From NCBI GenBank assembly GCA_040954595.2, contig CM082581.2, forward strand, positions 9,651,878-9,715,877: 64,000 nucleotides of DNA. The letters run 5' to 3'. The translations under genes were made by a program, and so were the position numbers. Below are positions 27,484 to 45,600 of this stretch, piece after piece. The stretch comes from Balanoglossus misakiensis. Its lineage: Eukaryota; Animalia; Hemichordata. Position 1 is the stretch's first letter; each line of letters begins with the position of its first letter. The notes beneath the pieces are model-generated. The model did no database searches. It had not been told where the DNA came from and saw only the letters and a list, made by a program, of their open reading frames with translations.

Positions 27484-28031
27484 GTTTGATTTTGAACCCC
27501 TTATCTTGGCCAAGAATGATAGGGGAAACCATTTGCTGCCTTTTTGAATAGAAAGTAATTTGATTTCCGAATCGAAAATATCAAACGAAAACAATGAAGA
27601 TTTCACCCCTAGAATGTCATCATCTTATCCACATATTTTCATGGCGTTCTTATAAATATAAACGGAGCTCATGGGGCTGCATGGAGTAAATATACAAATT
27701 GGGTAATTTACCTATGGTATGATTTGAGACAAAAGTTTTTCAATGCCGTTGGCAACCAGACAAGCGCTATAAAAAAGTTAAATTTTAAAAAAGTCTGCCT
27801 TGTTGATTATGGTTAATAATGATATTCATGGTGCACGTGATGTTTGCACAACATGGGCGCCGTCCGTGACACGCCCACCTCCCCTTGCCCTTTGACCCCC
27901 CAGCCTCCATCTGATCACCTGACAACTAAAGCAACGTAAAGCTAAAGAACGTGAACGCTGATCGTGTCCGTCTCCAGGTACAGCTTGATATCATATCCCC
28001 ATCTGAAGTGAGCCGCATCCACATAAAAATA
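27484..28031. promoter_or_regulatory. Divergent promoter region between Abraxas and hexokinase A
   Basis: Starts are about 550 bp apart. E-box CACGTG (~27834) and a KLF/Sp-type CACGCCCACC (~27870) are present. Confidence 0.5.
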
Positions 28032-31000
28032 ATGGCCGAAGCGAAAACCGTGAGTATATAAAGTTATGATCAAAGAGGGAAATATTAGTATGCTTGTTCC
28101 GACCTTGATACATGTATTATAAATGTCTGGCCATTGACACGTACACTACATCATGTACATGTCTGTTGTACTGTGGTCAAACTTACAATGCTCATCAATC
28201 CTGATTTCCCCTTTAAAGTTCGTCTGATTGTGCTGCATTATACAGCTCGAAAATGAGAAACATATCAAAGGAACGTCTGAATGGAAGGCGTTCTTTGCAT
28301 ATATACTGGTACAGTGGTAGTCTGGTAGTGTGAAAGTGTTGTAGCTATCTTTAGCTACGGTTGGTGAATTGATGAGCTTTTACATTACTAAACATATGCC
28401 ATCCTCTGGAAGTAGTAATTAACTACAATGTTCAAGTTTCAGTTATGCTAATTGACAATCTTAACCATACAACTCACTCTCAAAATCAGGGGTTCAGAAA
28501 TATAGTTTATGAGCCATTGTATTTGTAGTAAATAATGCCCCATAAACTATGTTTCTGAACCCATATTGAGAGTGAGTTATTTGTTGACATTACTAACATG
28601 TATACCTGTGCCAATATTTACTCGATAGGAGAGAGCCAATACTGTGATGTGATAAATGCATTTATTAGGGCCCAGGCCTTCTTTGAAACTCCCTTCCGCA
28701 TATTTACCACAACTGCAGATATTATAGGGGATGCCTGTAATCAAGGGGGTGCACTCCTATCTGATAATGGCAACAGGAATACATGTACTTTCTTTGATTG
28801 TCAAATATACTATTTGAAAGCCAATTACATAATACCCTCCTCAAATCCATGCAATTTAGAATGGTCTATATATTGTGTAGTGACAGACAGTCCAACTGTG
28901 ATCCCTCCTTGCTAGTTATGATCTGTAATCATAATCTAATCTTCTGCAAGGATTATATTCTCACTTCCTTTGTTCAGTGGAAGATATCTGAAAAACGAAG
29001 AGATTCACAGAAATCTTGATCATGCAGTGAGTCAGCACCAATAATCTCAGAATTTCCTTTAATGTGCAAGTTTTCTAACATAGTAAACATCACAGGCTTT
29101 CCGTCCTTTCAAAGACTTTCATGTGAACTAGAAAGGCACCCCCTGGCTGACGCCCTCTTTATGACTCAGCATTGTCATTATGCATTCCAACCTTAAAACA
29201 CCCATTTGAAAGTGGGAGGTGTTTTGCATAACAATTAAATGAATAAAACCAGGACACAGTTTGTTGTCTATATTGTGACAGAACCAAAAGAGTGCATTAT
29301 CTGTGATTGTGTGTGATTGCTTTAGTCTAGATTTATTGAATGCTATCAGTTTGTATACAGACAGGGGGCCTGGAATATTAAACCAAAGAATGTTAGAGTC
29401 TCCGACAACCCTTCTGCTGTACATTTCATGAAAACAGTAGGGACTCCACCAAGGCTGTCTGGTATGCCTGATCTTCTCAGTGTCTGCTTGATACACTATT
29501 TTGTTAGTGTATTACGCATATCCATGTAAGGAAGGGTGAAAAAGCACAAAATGGTAATTACTAGGGTTGTCATGGTAACCAAAAATGAGTTCACATTCTC
29601 AGTGTGTTCAAACATATTAAATTGTGTGATTTTTGCAGCTCAAAATTGGAATGTTTGCATAATAAGTGTGATACTTGAGTGTACATGTACAAACATATAT
29701 GCATGTACTTGCATATTGACCCTACAAGTTAAATTTCAATTACTATGCCGTATGACTAATTTATTCTCAGCTGAATCTACATACCTATAGAAGTTCCAAA
29801 TAAAGACATAAAGCTGATTGTGGCAATGTTCTCGCCCCATTCTTTCCATGCAAACTGATTATGCTATTTTTACTATCAGTGACTTTGATCAAGCTATTTC
29901 AGTGAAGCCCAACAACCTCTAGCAGAGTGGAGAGTAATGAACCAAAACATTGGATAAGACAGACAGTCACCTTGTACTAATGGACGATGTGTTGAATTGG
30001 CCTTGTACTTTGGTCAGATTTGTCCGAATCTGTACATGGTTGTGCAAATACCCACATACCAAATTCAACAGTTGCTTTTTATATAATAAATAAAGTAGTG
30101 CTCTGTCTTTCAACCTTAAGCAACTTGCTTGCTTGTTCTTATCTCCTCCATTGGATTGATCAACAGAAGTAGGAGTGTACAAGTTCCTGCACCTCTTTAC
30201 CCAATCTGCAAACTATTACTAACATTAACACTATTCCTGTCTGCAAATTTTCTCTCCACAGCATGTCAGTAGATTGAAGCAGGTTCAAATGGGATGACAT
30301 TGGGTGTGAAAAAACATCCTTTTCCCATTTAAACCTGTTTGCAAACTAACATTAACCCCCTGCTGTCTGCATGCACCTTCTCCTTCTTACAGAAGTGGGT
30401 TAGGATAGGAGATCGTTGGATACAAAAGAGACAAACATCGGTGGAAGATTTCGGGGTATTCTACTCTTGTCTTGTCTGTGTTGGTGAAATCTTCATGCTC
30501 ATCTGAAATAGGAAATGTGTACTTAAACCATAAACTTTTAAGTTTTGATGGTTAAGGTGATGGGCATATCTGGAACATGGTGACAAACATAAATCCGTAT
30601 AATTCATATTTTTATTTTTCATTTAGATTTATGAATTAAATTGATATTTGCATTCATGCCAACATATAAAAGTGTTGTCCAAGTTAAGTAAATCATAAAC
30701 ATAAACATTTCTACCATTTCACTTTGGAATCCAGCAGATATTGATCCCTGAAATGACCTACATCTGGTTGGCACAAAATTACCAAGCGAGACATTTCATA
30801 CATTTGTCAATTCCATTGTGACAACCAGGTTTTTGTCAATTTGATCAGTGTCAGAAGTTAATGACCTGATACGCTGTGTAAATCCTACAAATGGGTCACC
30901 TGACATGTGTCAATATTTAGCCGAAGTCAGGCAGGGTTATCAGACAAGTTTTGAATGTGTGTCCAAGATGGACGAAAGTTCCCATTCATTAAAAAAATGG

Positions 31001-34000
31001 TGGTCCCTGCTTTATGGTCCTTGAACCTGTGAGGGGTAGTGTAATAAAACTATGCAATACTAGGTGACAGGGAATTTACATATTTAGCACCAAAATAATA
31101 ACTTTGTGGTCATGAAATGCACAGATGTGCGACTGGTTCAGCCTGTCTGAGTAACAGTTCTGAACATGTAAAAGTCATAACAAAATGGACACTTTTCAGT
31201 CATGTTGAATTGTGTCGATCATGACAAGAGGTGGTAAGTATTCTTGGTTCTGGTATGCACTCATATCCAGGCGCGCTGTAACAAACAGCAGAGCTAACCC
31301 CAGGAGTGATGCTTTGCTGGAAATACTAACAATGTTATCATTTTCTCTGACCTTACTATCAAGTCATCTGAGTTTCTGATAACCAGAGTTCAGAGTTTAT
31401 TCATTCATATGGTTGTTCAGTGTGAAGGGGATTTGTGGCTGAATCTTGACTGCCATCCTTCATTCACATGTGTTTTTTCACTATAATTGTTCATTTTTCA
31501 TGCTCTATAAATTCATCAGAGTTAGAGGCCATTGCCAGAACACATTCTCAAATAAACATAGATTAGTGCAATTCCCTAAAGGACTAAGCTATCAAAAGAA
31601 ACTAAATATGATATGTTTTACATTCTTCCAAAGCGCCACTAAACATCTAAGTTGTCTCTCCTTTGCTTATTTCAGGTGGATTCTGTTCTAGAGTCCCTGC
31701 ACTTGACTCCAACCCAGCTGGCAGATGTCAAAGGTCGTCTGCACAATGATATGCTGAAGGGACTGAGGGCTGCTTCCAATCCAACTGCCAAGATCAAGAT
31801 GTACCCAACCTATGTCAGAGCCACTCCCGATCTAACAGGTATGGAAACACTCGTATTCCATGAAAGGGGACGTGACCAGTAAAAACCCATGTTTCAACAT
31901 TTTTCACCACATGAAATATACGAGTCTGAAAGTTGTGTACTCATCAATGATTTCTTTAGTGATTAAAAATTTCAGCTATATGTTTCCCATCGAATTTATC
32001 TCTTGCTTATTTCAGAGAAGGGACATTTCCTGGCTTTGGATCTGGGCGGCAGTAATTTCCGTGTTCTTCACATCGAACTTGCCGGCAAAGATGTGAAGCA
32101 ACGGAGTGAAATTTTCAAACTCAGTCCAGAGTTGATGACTGGAACTGGCGAACAGGTGAGAGCTGAATCTGAATAAAGAGTTGGATTTTTCTGTGAAACA
32201 TAGACTAAGAGGTTTTGATGCAAGATGTTGCTTCTCGTGTAAGACAGTTGTGAAGAGCAAAGCTTGCTCATGCTACATTACCATGAGCAAAATTCAATCT
32301 TCTGAACTCAAGATATTCATTTTTTCATGAACGGTTTGATCCATGAGCTATTTCTATTTTTTGTTTTCTAGTTGTTTGATTATATTGCTGAATGTTTAGC
32401 CAACTTCGTCAAGGATCACGATTTGAAGGGACAGAAACTTCCTCTCGGGTTTACATTCTCGTTTCCATGCAAACAACGAGGCTTAGCATCAGGTAAGTTG
32501 GGATTTGTATTCAGGCCAAATGATAGTTATATTTTATAGAGTATTGTTTGTTCTACTGTTTTAAAGGCAGACAACACATGCCGTTTACGTTTCAGCATTT
32601 TCTTTCCCCGATAATTGATCACAGATTCTTCCCATTTTTTGTTCTCGTTTTACTAATCAGCCACTCTGACCACCTGGACCAAAGGTTTCACAGCATCTGG
32701 GGTCGAAGGTCAAGATGTCTGTAAATTGCTCTACGAAGCTGTAGGAAGAAGAGGGGTAAGTCGCTAGTATTTTATGATAATGTCAACAGTCTCCTGACAG
32801 GTTGGCCAGTAAACAGACTGTTTTGAGCTAGATTTATGAAGCCAGGTGCTCCGACAGAACCAACCTCTCTTATATGTTTTTTTTTCATTTCAACAGGATG
32901 TTGAACTGGATGTCATAGCTGTTGTCAATGATACCACTGGCACACTCATGTCATGTGCACACTCAAATCCTGAGTGCATGGCCGGACTAATTCTTGGTAA
33001 GTTTTTGATTTTGGTGCATGATTTTCCTCAAACAAAAATTTGTCACTAAAGATTCGCAACTGAACAAACTTATTTTGTTTGCACATTCCTCAGGAACTGG
33101 TACCAACATGTGCTACATCGAAAAACTAGAGAATGTGGAATTATGGGATGGCGATACTAATCCCCCCAAGCAGGTGTTAATAAACATGGAATGGGGTGCC
33201 TTTGGTGACGACGGCACTTTGGATGACATCAGGACAGAGTATGATGAAGAAATGGATAAAAACTCATTCAATCCAGGAAAACAAAAGTGAGTTTGTGATA
33301 TCGTTTACAGAAGTGTGACACTCATTCTAATCATAATATCACATTCTTGTGTGAAGTATCCCTTACACTCCTTTGCAGTGGTGACATATTGAATTGACAT
33401 GCGCTTGTTCCTCCAGGTATGAGAAGATGATCTCAGGAATGTACCTTGGTGAACTGGTGCGACTGGTTCTTGTAAAACTGGCAAACAACAACCTGGTGTT
33501 CAACGGCCAAACCACAGAAGCCTTGCAGACACAATGGAAGTTTGAGACTGCATTCCTTTCACAAGTCGAAGGGTGAGTGCAAAATGCTCTTCACAACTTT
33601 TCACAAACTTAGCAGGAATGGGATGGTTGATATTACAGACTCTTGCAAGGGCACTGGTGAAAATAGTTAAAAGCAGGAATGAAATGGCAGAAAATATCCC
33701 CCTGATTGGTTTTGTTTTGAATTAATCTTCACAGAGACAAATCTACAGACTTCAAAGAATGCATCAAGATCTTGCAAGGTCTCGGATTAAAGCCGACACC
33801 TCAAGACTGCAACCTTGTGAAGACCGTCTGCGAGGCCATATCCGTACGTGCAGCCAAGCTGGCAGCGGCCGGCACAGCCGCGGTCGCGTGTCAACTCGGC
33901 AAGCCCAAAGTCACGGTCGGCGTGGACGGATCCCTGTACAAGAAACATCCAAACTTTCACAATCTCATGACCGCTTCCATCAAGCAGCTCGCTCCGGACG

Positions 34001-34092
34001 TCGACGTTTCCTTCGAGATGTCGGAAGACGGCAGCGGCAAGGGAGCAGCTCTCATTGCAGCGGTTGCCGTGCGCATGGCCCAACAGAAATAA
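28032..34092 (+). CDS. Hexokinase A, single-domain (~447 aa); exons 28032-28049, 31676-31838, 32016-32155, 32372-32492, 32661-32755, 32897-32996, 33094-33286, 33417-33572, 33735-34092
   Basis: Motifs [78 protein letters not shown] and [11 protein letters not shown]. Exons total 1344 nt in frame. The first exon (MAEAKT) is inferred. Confidence 0.95.
28471..28578. repeat. Long imperfect palindrome (fold-back, MITE-like) in hexokinase A intron 1
   Basis: AACTCACTCTCAA..GGGGTTCAGAAATATAGTTTATG pairs with CATAAACTATGTTTCTGAACCCC..TTGAGAGTGAGTT. Confidence 0.8.
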
Positions 34093-36233
34093 ACCCCGCA
34101 ACTCTGACCTCAGCTAATCCATTTAGGGGGAGAGAAATTCAATCTTATTTCGACCAAAGCAAAGTTAGCATTACAGTGGTTATAAACACAACATTCACTG
34201 ACAAGCATAGTAGCAATAGTATGCTTTTATTGCACATGGGAATTTAAGTTTCTCAGAAAGTTGCTCAGGTAACCAGATACGAAGAAATATATAGTACCTC
34301 TTTATTGTTATAAATTACGGTCTCAATGAGAAAAGTCAGCAAATGCGGTTGCACGTACAATGTTGGTCAGTGTATGAGTGTCAACCACTGTAACACACTA
34401 CAGCCATAGTTGTGTATTTCTTTCATTAACTAGGCATTTGTAATTATGACATTTTGATACAAAAAACGCACCAGTTTGAACACAATATTATGCAATCAAT
34501 TTCTTCTTGAAGTGTCATATGCAGTTACTTCAATCATTGTTGTGCATTAAACCTGGAAACTGAGAACTAGACGTAGTGAAAATCAAATTCTGTCGCCTTC
34601 TAAAAACATTCTAGATTATATTTCTTTAGCTATACTTCTTGCCAAATGTGACTTAGCGATATTAACTTCCTTCTGCTTTTCTTTTTTTGAAAATAAATTT
34701 TATTTGCCTTTTTTTCAGTTTCAACACGTTTACTTTCTGCTTTTGTGCTATGGAAATAGTTTGTACACCTTGCCAATTTCTACAGGCAGTTTTGCTTAGC
34801 TCTAGTTAGTTTGCCATATACACTCCTGGAAAGTCTTGGAATTTGAAACCGCCTCTGGAATGTCCTGGGAAAGTCCAGCAAAAATGAAATTTACTTCTGG
34901 AAAATTGGTGTTGCTGTTTATGGTGTTAGATTATAGCAATAACTGTGAAAATAATTATGACAAAAATACCTTTCAAAATGACCACGAAAGTATTAGAAAA
35001 ACGAAAGTATTTTTGAGTGCATGTATCCTGTTAGAGGGCGCTATTTCATATTTCTGTTCCTGTCGTCATGTCAGCATTTGTCTGGTTTATTGCCTTGCAA
35101 GTATCTGTCAAAATCCTTAGAGCATAAGAGGTTGAATTGAAAGCAGATTTTTGTTTTTTGGAAATATACAAACCATCATTTAGCAATGAGGGTAAGAGGT
35201 CAAATCCACTTGACATCCAGCCAAAACAGTCAATGCCAACGTTTGATGGATATTTTCATAAGATACTCATTTTGGGATTGGAAATAGCTCAACTTTTGTA
35301 ACACTTAAAATTACTAATTAAGAGTAAATAAATTTACAGAGCTTGTAAATTTTGCACATCTGATAAATTTACATATCTGATCCATGAAATTTAGTCTTTT
35401 GATCAAGTTTTATACTTGGAAGCTAAAACTGGCATTGTATATTTATGATTGTCCTGGAATGCAATGCCAACGAAAAACGCCAGGATGTAAAGGTCATTCA
35501 GAGGTCATGAAAGTGGCCAATTCCAGTGAACCCAACAGTGGGGCATTAAATGCTAACACAGCTGTGATGTATGTATTGTAATCGAAGGATAATGTGTAAT
35601 AAAAAAACACAGCCTCAGTAATACAAGTCTTTCTCAGTTTGATTCACTCTATGCCATGGCAACCAATCACAGCACACGTAGTGCAGACTGATAAAAATGT
35701 CTGTTGGTGACGTCACCCATATCGCAATGTCAATAACAGAATGATAACATCGTTGACTGTGACAAGTTCGCTAAAACGCCCACATGGTTCAAATTTACAA
35801 TACATTGCTGAATTAATAATTATTTTATTATTGCCTCACGCGCACTAAAATGTCTTACGCCCTCATGTGCGCGCCCACAAATAACGCGAAGGAAACATTT
35901 TTACCGTCCTCCTCCCATCTTAAAAAACCGTAGTAAGTATTAAGAGACATTGTTCAAACGTAACTGGGATTTCATCAAAAGCTGTGGCATTCGCTTTCTG
36001 GTCGGTCGAGTGAGATGAACAGAAAAAAAGATGATGATGATGACGTTGCTCTCGTAAGAACTCGTATCCGGTCGTTGACTCCAAAAATTACACAGATTAT
36101 ACAACTCGAACAGATAGAAGTTAAAGATTGACCCGGTTTTGCTATATCAATGCGATGCTACGAGATATGTCACATTTGCCGCTCGATTCCCCGCCTCTCA
36201 ACTTCTTGTTCCTCGGCTGCGACAAATAGCAAG

Positions 36234-40582
<4,349 letters not shown>

Positions 40583-41336
40583 AGGTTTACATTTTTGATA
40601 CCTATAGCCATCACTTGTGATCAAACCAGCAAATAAAGGTTCTATTTTTGCTAGGTCTTAGTTTGAGCAGAATAATACGCGTTTATTTTAGTACCAGATT
40701 TCTCTATCTCTCTATCACGAAAATCGATCATAACATACAAATGCTATTTTGGGGTTTAATCTCTCATCACTCGGCTATGAGTTGGTTCTACGTCCTGCCG
40801 CACAGCCTCCCAACAAGACACTAAAGCTGTTTCAATAGAAGCAACATATATAGAAACCATGCTCCACTTATAAGCATCACAGATCTACTTTTGTTCAGTG
40901 GGAATGGCCAATTAAATTTTTCAGTGACATTTTCTTCAAACGATAAAGTCCAGAGCATTCCTGGACTTTTCTGACAAACTCAGGGCAGCTAGAGAAAGAA
41001 TATTTTTCTAGTCTTCTGCTGTATGCACGCTCACTTCATGTACTTACAGAATGAGTTTAAATTTGTAATACCTGTTCTTGTACTCTGAACGTGTGACCTC
41101 TGAAATAAACATTAAAGTTTAATTAACTATTAATACTGGTTCCATTTTGTTTGTTAAGTGACCACGCCCCTGCCCTCTCTCCACTTCCGTATTTTGTGTA
41201 CCAGCACCGCAAAATCATTGAAACTCACACGAAGAACTTGGAACGCTAATACATCGACGAAAAAAAGAGGGTTTGATTTTTAATAAGCAGTTTCCAAGTT
41301 GTACAGAAAATAAAAAAGAAAATTTTAACAAAAAGT

Positions 41337-41442
41337 CACCTCCGACGGGACTCGAACCCGCAATCCCCGGCTAACTAATAACCAGGCTATGCAACCTGGC
41401 ACTCTTAGGAGGCCGATGCCTTATCCATTAGGCCACGGAGGC
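41337..41442 (-). tRNA. tRNA-Arg(CCT) with a 33-nt intron (41373-41405)
   Basis: GCCTCCG-TGGCCTAATGGATAAGGC-A-TCGGC-CT-CCT-A[intron]A-GCCGG-GGATT-GCGGGTTCGAGTCCCGT-CGGAGGT-G folds into a 73-nt cloverleaf. A and B boxes are intact and a T5 Pol III terminator lies at 41330-41334. Confidence 0.93.
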
Positions 41443-42662
41443 TTGCTGTTCGAGAAGGCGTTCAAGCCATTTTTATCCTGTGAATGAGTACTCAAATGAT
41501 TTCTTTACATATATTGATGGCAGTTTACGTTTTCATCTTGTTCAGATATGATCAATGCTCTTGGAAGAATGTGCATTACCGTTGCATGTCTGCCTGCGGT
41601 CCGCCATTGTGTTCCATATGGTACCGACACAATTTTCATAAACATTTTTCGCGGTCACGATCACGTCCACCCAATACTGGTTATATCAAGGCTGTGTAGT
41701 TTAAACACCGTTTGAATACCACGAATAAATACGTCTACCCTCAACACCAAAAAATATTTTGGTGTGTGACACGTTGGGGAGCGAGTTTTCCAGCCTGCCG
41801 CCGCACCCGGCGCCCGTCTTGCGTATCGTTCAACGACCTGTTAACGTTGAGGGCGTAATTTGCCATAAAATTAGTGGTTTCCCGACTTTTACCGGTATGT
41901 TGTACACATATGTTGCTTTTAAACACAAAGAAAAAATATGTGTCTTCTCAGTTTAGAATTCTAAAACATGAGGTACAACTGCGATTTAGCAAAGCTTTGT
42001 CTAGCAACACAACGCGTCCTCCGTATGCGTATACCATACACATTAGCCTGTTACTCAGGCCCAGGGATGACAGGCATAGCAACTGTGCTATTTACATCTA
42101 CACCATTACTAGCCATGAAAAATCTGAAGTTAGCTGTAGCTATGGATATAACAACTTCATACAAACAATATTTTTCTTTTTTTGCTGGCGACATCTGACT
42201 CTGCAGGTGCATAAAACAACATAAAGGGGCACAGTAACACATTTCTTTATTACTACAAACATATCCAAAAACTTCCATTACCTTTCTTACCATCAAATAT
42301 CTAATACTTTTTCAAGAAATAAAAACAGTTCTACAGTTCTACCAGCCTTCACTTCTTTTAAATATGGAAAATAACATGGCGTGAGATGCTAAACGAGCGT
42401 GAACAGCTTTTACAAAGTCACACACATACTGTCATGTCGAAAATTGAAGGTCGTCCTCAAGCAGGACGCCTTCCGTTGGAAATACAGGTTATGATAATAC
42501 CAGCCAAAAAAAAAAAAACTTTGAGACAACGTGGCTATGATATAGGCTGATATTTAACAGTTCATCAGTGAAACAAACATCCACGATGGGCGCGAATCAT
42601 AAAGATTTTACAGAAAGTCATAGACAGTCATGAGATAAAGACAAATATATTTGACATAAAAA

Positions 42663-45600
42663 TCACGCAATGAAGTCCAATGGTCTGTTGAAACCTCCTC
42701 TTCTGTTCATGTATTGTCTGTGAAAAATGGAAAAAAAAATAGAGAAATTTAAAATCTGAGGACTGGAATATATTGTAAAATTTCCACCAATATAAATGGT
42801 ATATTTCCAAAACTAGCATGCGTTGAACGTATTGACAATGGTGTCTCACCTGTATTTCCTCTTCCGATTGATATTCACAGCATAAGCATTGCTGGAGCCT
42901 TGAACATGTTTACCCTGGTGGCAAGAAAGAGAGACATTTTAGCAAGTTGTAAGTTGTAGAGTTATGAAATTGAAAACATAGTACGGTATCACAAATACGG
43001 CTTCCTCGGTGGAGATTAGTGAGCAATCTGATTACAGAGCTTGGTCATCCAGGCATTTCGGCTATGGGAGTGAATATGCTGCTCCAACAAACATCACTAA
43101 AAAAAGAATTCAAAACTTTTACTTTACCTTGGTGGAATCAAAATCACCAAAACCCATCACTTTCATCATCTCAATTTCTTCATCGGTCTTACCACTTAAA
43201 TCGTGATCTTGAGAAAGAAAAAATCATGGTAGTCAAGTCAAGTGCCGACTCACTATATATGAGCCATTAGTGACATGTATGCACACACACACACGCATGC
43301 ACAAAACCAAAGCAACTTGTTTTAACTCATGCAATAGCGCTGTATTAACCAATACTTCCAATATGGATGGCTATCAAGCTTGTAACTGACACAAAACTTG
43401 TAAGTTGGCAACTTACCATTGATGTCAAATTCTCTCTGTTCCGACGAACCACTTCTGTGCTTTGGTGACCTGTTCAAATACAAAAAAATAAGTTAGATCA
43501 CATGCTTTTTCTGACACTCAAAATATTACAATTGAAGTAATTACGATGCCAGTCACTGGGATTAATGTTTATTATTTACAATCAGCATTTCAAATTAAAA
43601 CATTACCTTGATCTTGACCTCGTGTGGCGGGATCTGTGTGGTGAGCGCGACCTTGACAATGCAAACAGAGAAACAACAGCTTGGTTAGTCTCCCTCAGTC
43701 AAATATCAATTGACCCACACCAGCACCACATAGGAATCATTACAGTATGTTTCTATCATGTCCAAGTAGTCATGTTATTAGACACCTTTCCACTGACCCC
43801 CTGCAAAGAGCTGTGGCAGAAAAATCTCATTCTGCTGCCCTCTAGTGGTCAAACTTTGTCTGAACATCAACAGGGAACATTGTGAAGAGGACGAGAGTGC
43901 ACTAAAATGGACGGTAACATTGCAACAGATGACAATGCAGACACTTGATAGTCACATGGGGAAACAGGATCAGAGAGATGGCAGTAAAGATTATAGACCC
44001 CTAAAAAAATATGTAGTCAATATTTCACCAACATTTCATTGGGCAATCACCAAGGGGTAGATAGATAGAACTCCTTTCATGGCGTTCTTAACAAGAGAAA
44101 TCATCTTATCAAATGCATCTATTTTTGTTAGTGACACATCGCTGCACAAAAGCTAGAAGCAAACTGTCACTTTAGATTGATCAGTTAATTTCATGTCGTT
44201 AAATATTCATCTCTCCGAGAAACACACTGTAAATGCGTCTGAAATTATTAACTTGTTGGTCGAGGTATAAGAACACATGTCAGAAATTATGACATCATCA
44301 GCAGATGATGTCCTGGCAGTCACATGGTACACCCTCTACCTTGTGACCATGTAATGCAACTCCACTGTTTTCTACGGTAATATTGGACTGCTTTAGAGGG
44401 AAACGGGGGTGAAAGGTTAAATGTAATCCTACTCCTGGTCTTTAATTGGGACTAACAAAGGAGTGTCTTGGCTCTCGTAACAGCAGCCATTGCGCAATAA
44501 TTCACTCATCCTTACGATGTTGATTTCAAAAGATAATGCAGTCAGCCACCTACCTGCGTCGTCTGGGAGATCGTGATCTGCAACCGTGAATGAAAGAAAA
44601 ATTTGTGTTAGTCATCACCCGAGTGTCTGAGGGCACAACAGAAAACTCGCTCTGTGGGTTTTATGATGTCAAATGCATCACATATGATCACACGCTGAAA
44701 CGATGACATTACAATTGATGGGTACGTTACAGATCTTAGATCATCATCCTTATTGGGAAATAAATCACTCGTGTCACATAAACTGCAGTGCGACTATACA
44801 CTCTCAAGTAAAGCGAACATGGCACAGTTTACTAATGACAAGACCTCAGCCATTCTCGTCTATTTTATTGAAAGAAATTCCTGGAAAGTGCAACAGTAAA
44901 CCAGAAGTTGAATGCCCTAGCAGAAAGGCACCTGTCCCGGCATTTATGTATTACACGGTGAAAAAAAAGCTCTTCTTTTATAAACAAGTTGAATCCCACG
45001 TGTTAAATGTCATTCACTGATTATATGACAGCAGAAAGATACTATTAGAACAATTACAAATATATGCACTTGAAATAGTACCTTAACCTAATCATGCATT
45101 CACCTTTGGCCCATACTACAGGTGGTTTGCTATTGGCATTGGTGGGATGATAGGATTATAAAAGTCCATCGCCCTTTTAAATTGAAATTATCGAGCCTCA
45201 GTGTTTTCATGCTCTAAATGTTTCCCAGCCAGAGAATCTCACTAGAGGCATGAAGGGCTCTTGGAGTTGTCAAGCAGAAATGAGCATTGGTCCCTTGACA
45301 ATCATGTTGTCTGTATTGGATATGCATCGTTTGATGTAAGTATAACTCACTCCCCCGCGGGATTGCAAATGCCCTGACATGATACCTGTAAAACTCTATG
45401 ATTAGGGTTTTTTATGGATTAATTTGTGGCATATTGACTTTTTATTCACTTTAAATCTTTGCTGACAATGCACCGTAAAAACTGAATTATGGCAAGCATG
45501 TGTAGAAACATGATTAAAATGAAAAAAAGCTTGGTTTAGTAATGTACGGCACAAAGGCCTGTATGCTGAACAGTTTGATGTTCATAGACACCTACTATAA

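Noticed and set aside
31186-31240. Possible alternative first exon of hexokinase A (GTG|GTAAGT)
   Set aside because: No upstream ATG reaches this donor in phase 0 without a stop codon.
44291-44312. Perfect 9-bp hairpin GACATCATC-AGCA-GATGATGTC
   Set aside because: Short enough to arise by chance in 64 kb, with no associated feature.
44542-44618. Apparent C/D box pair (GTGATGA...CTGA) on the minus strand
   Set aside because: It spans the branch point, acceptor and 24-nt microexon of SNRNP27, which splice signals already explain; there is no terminal stem.
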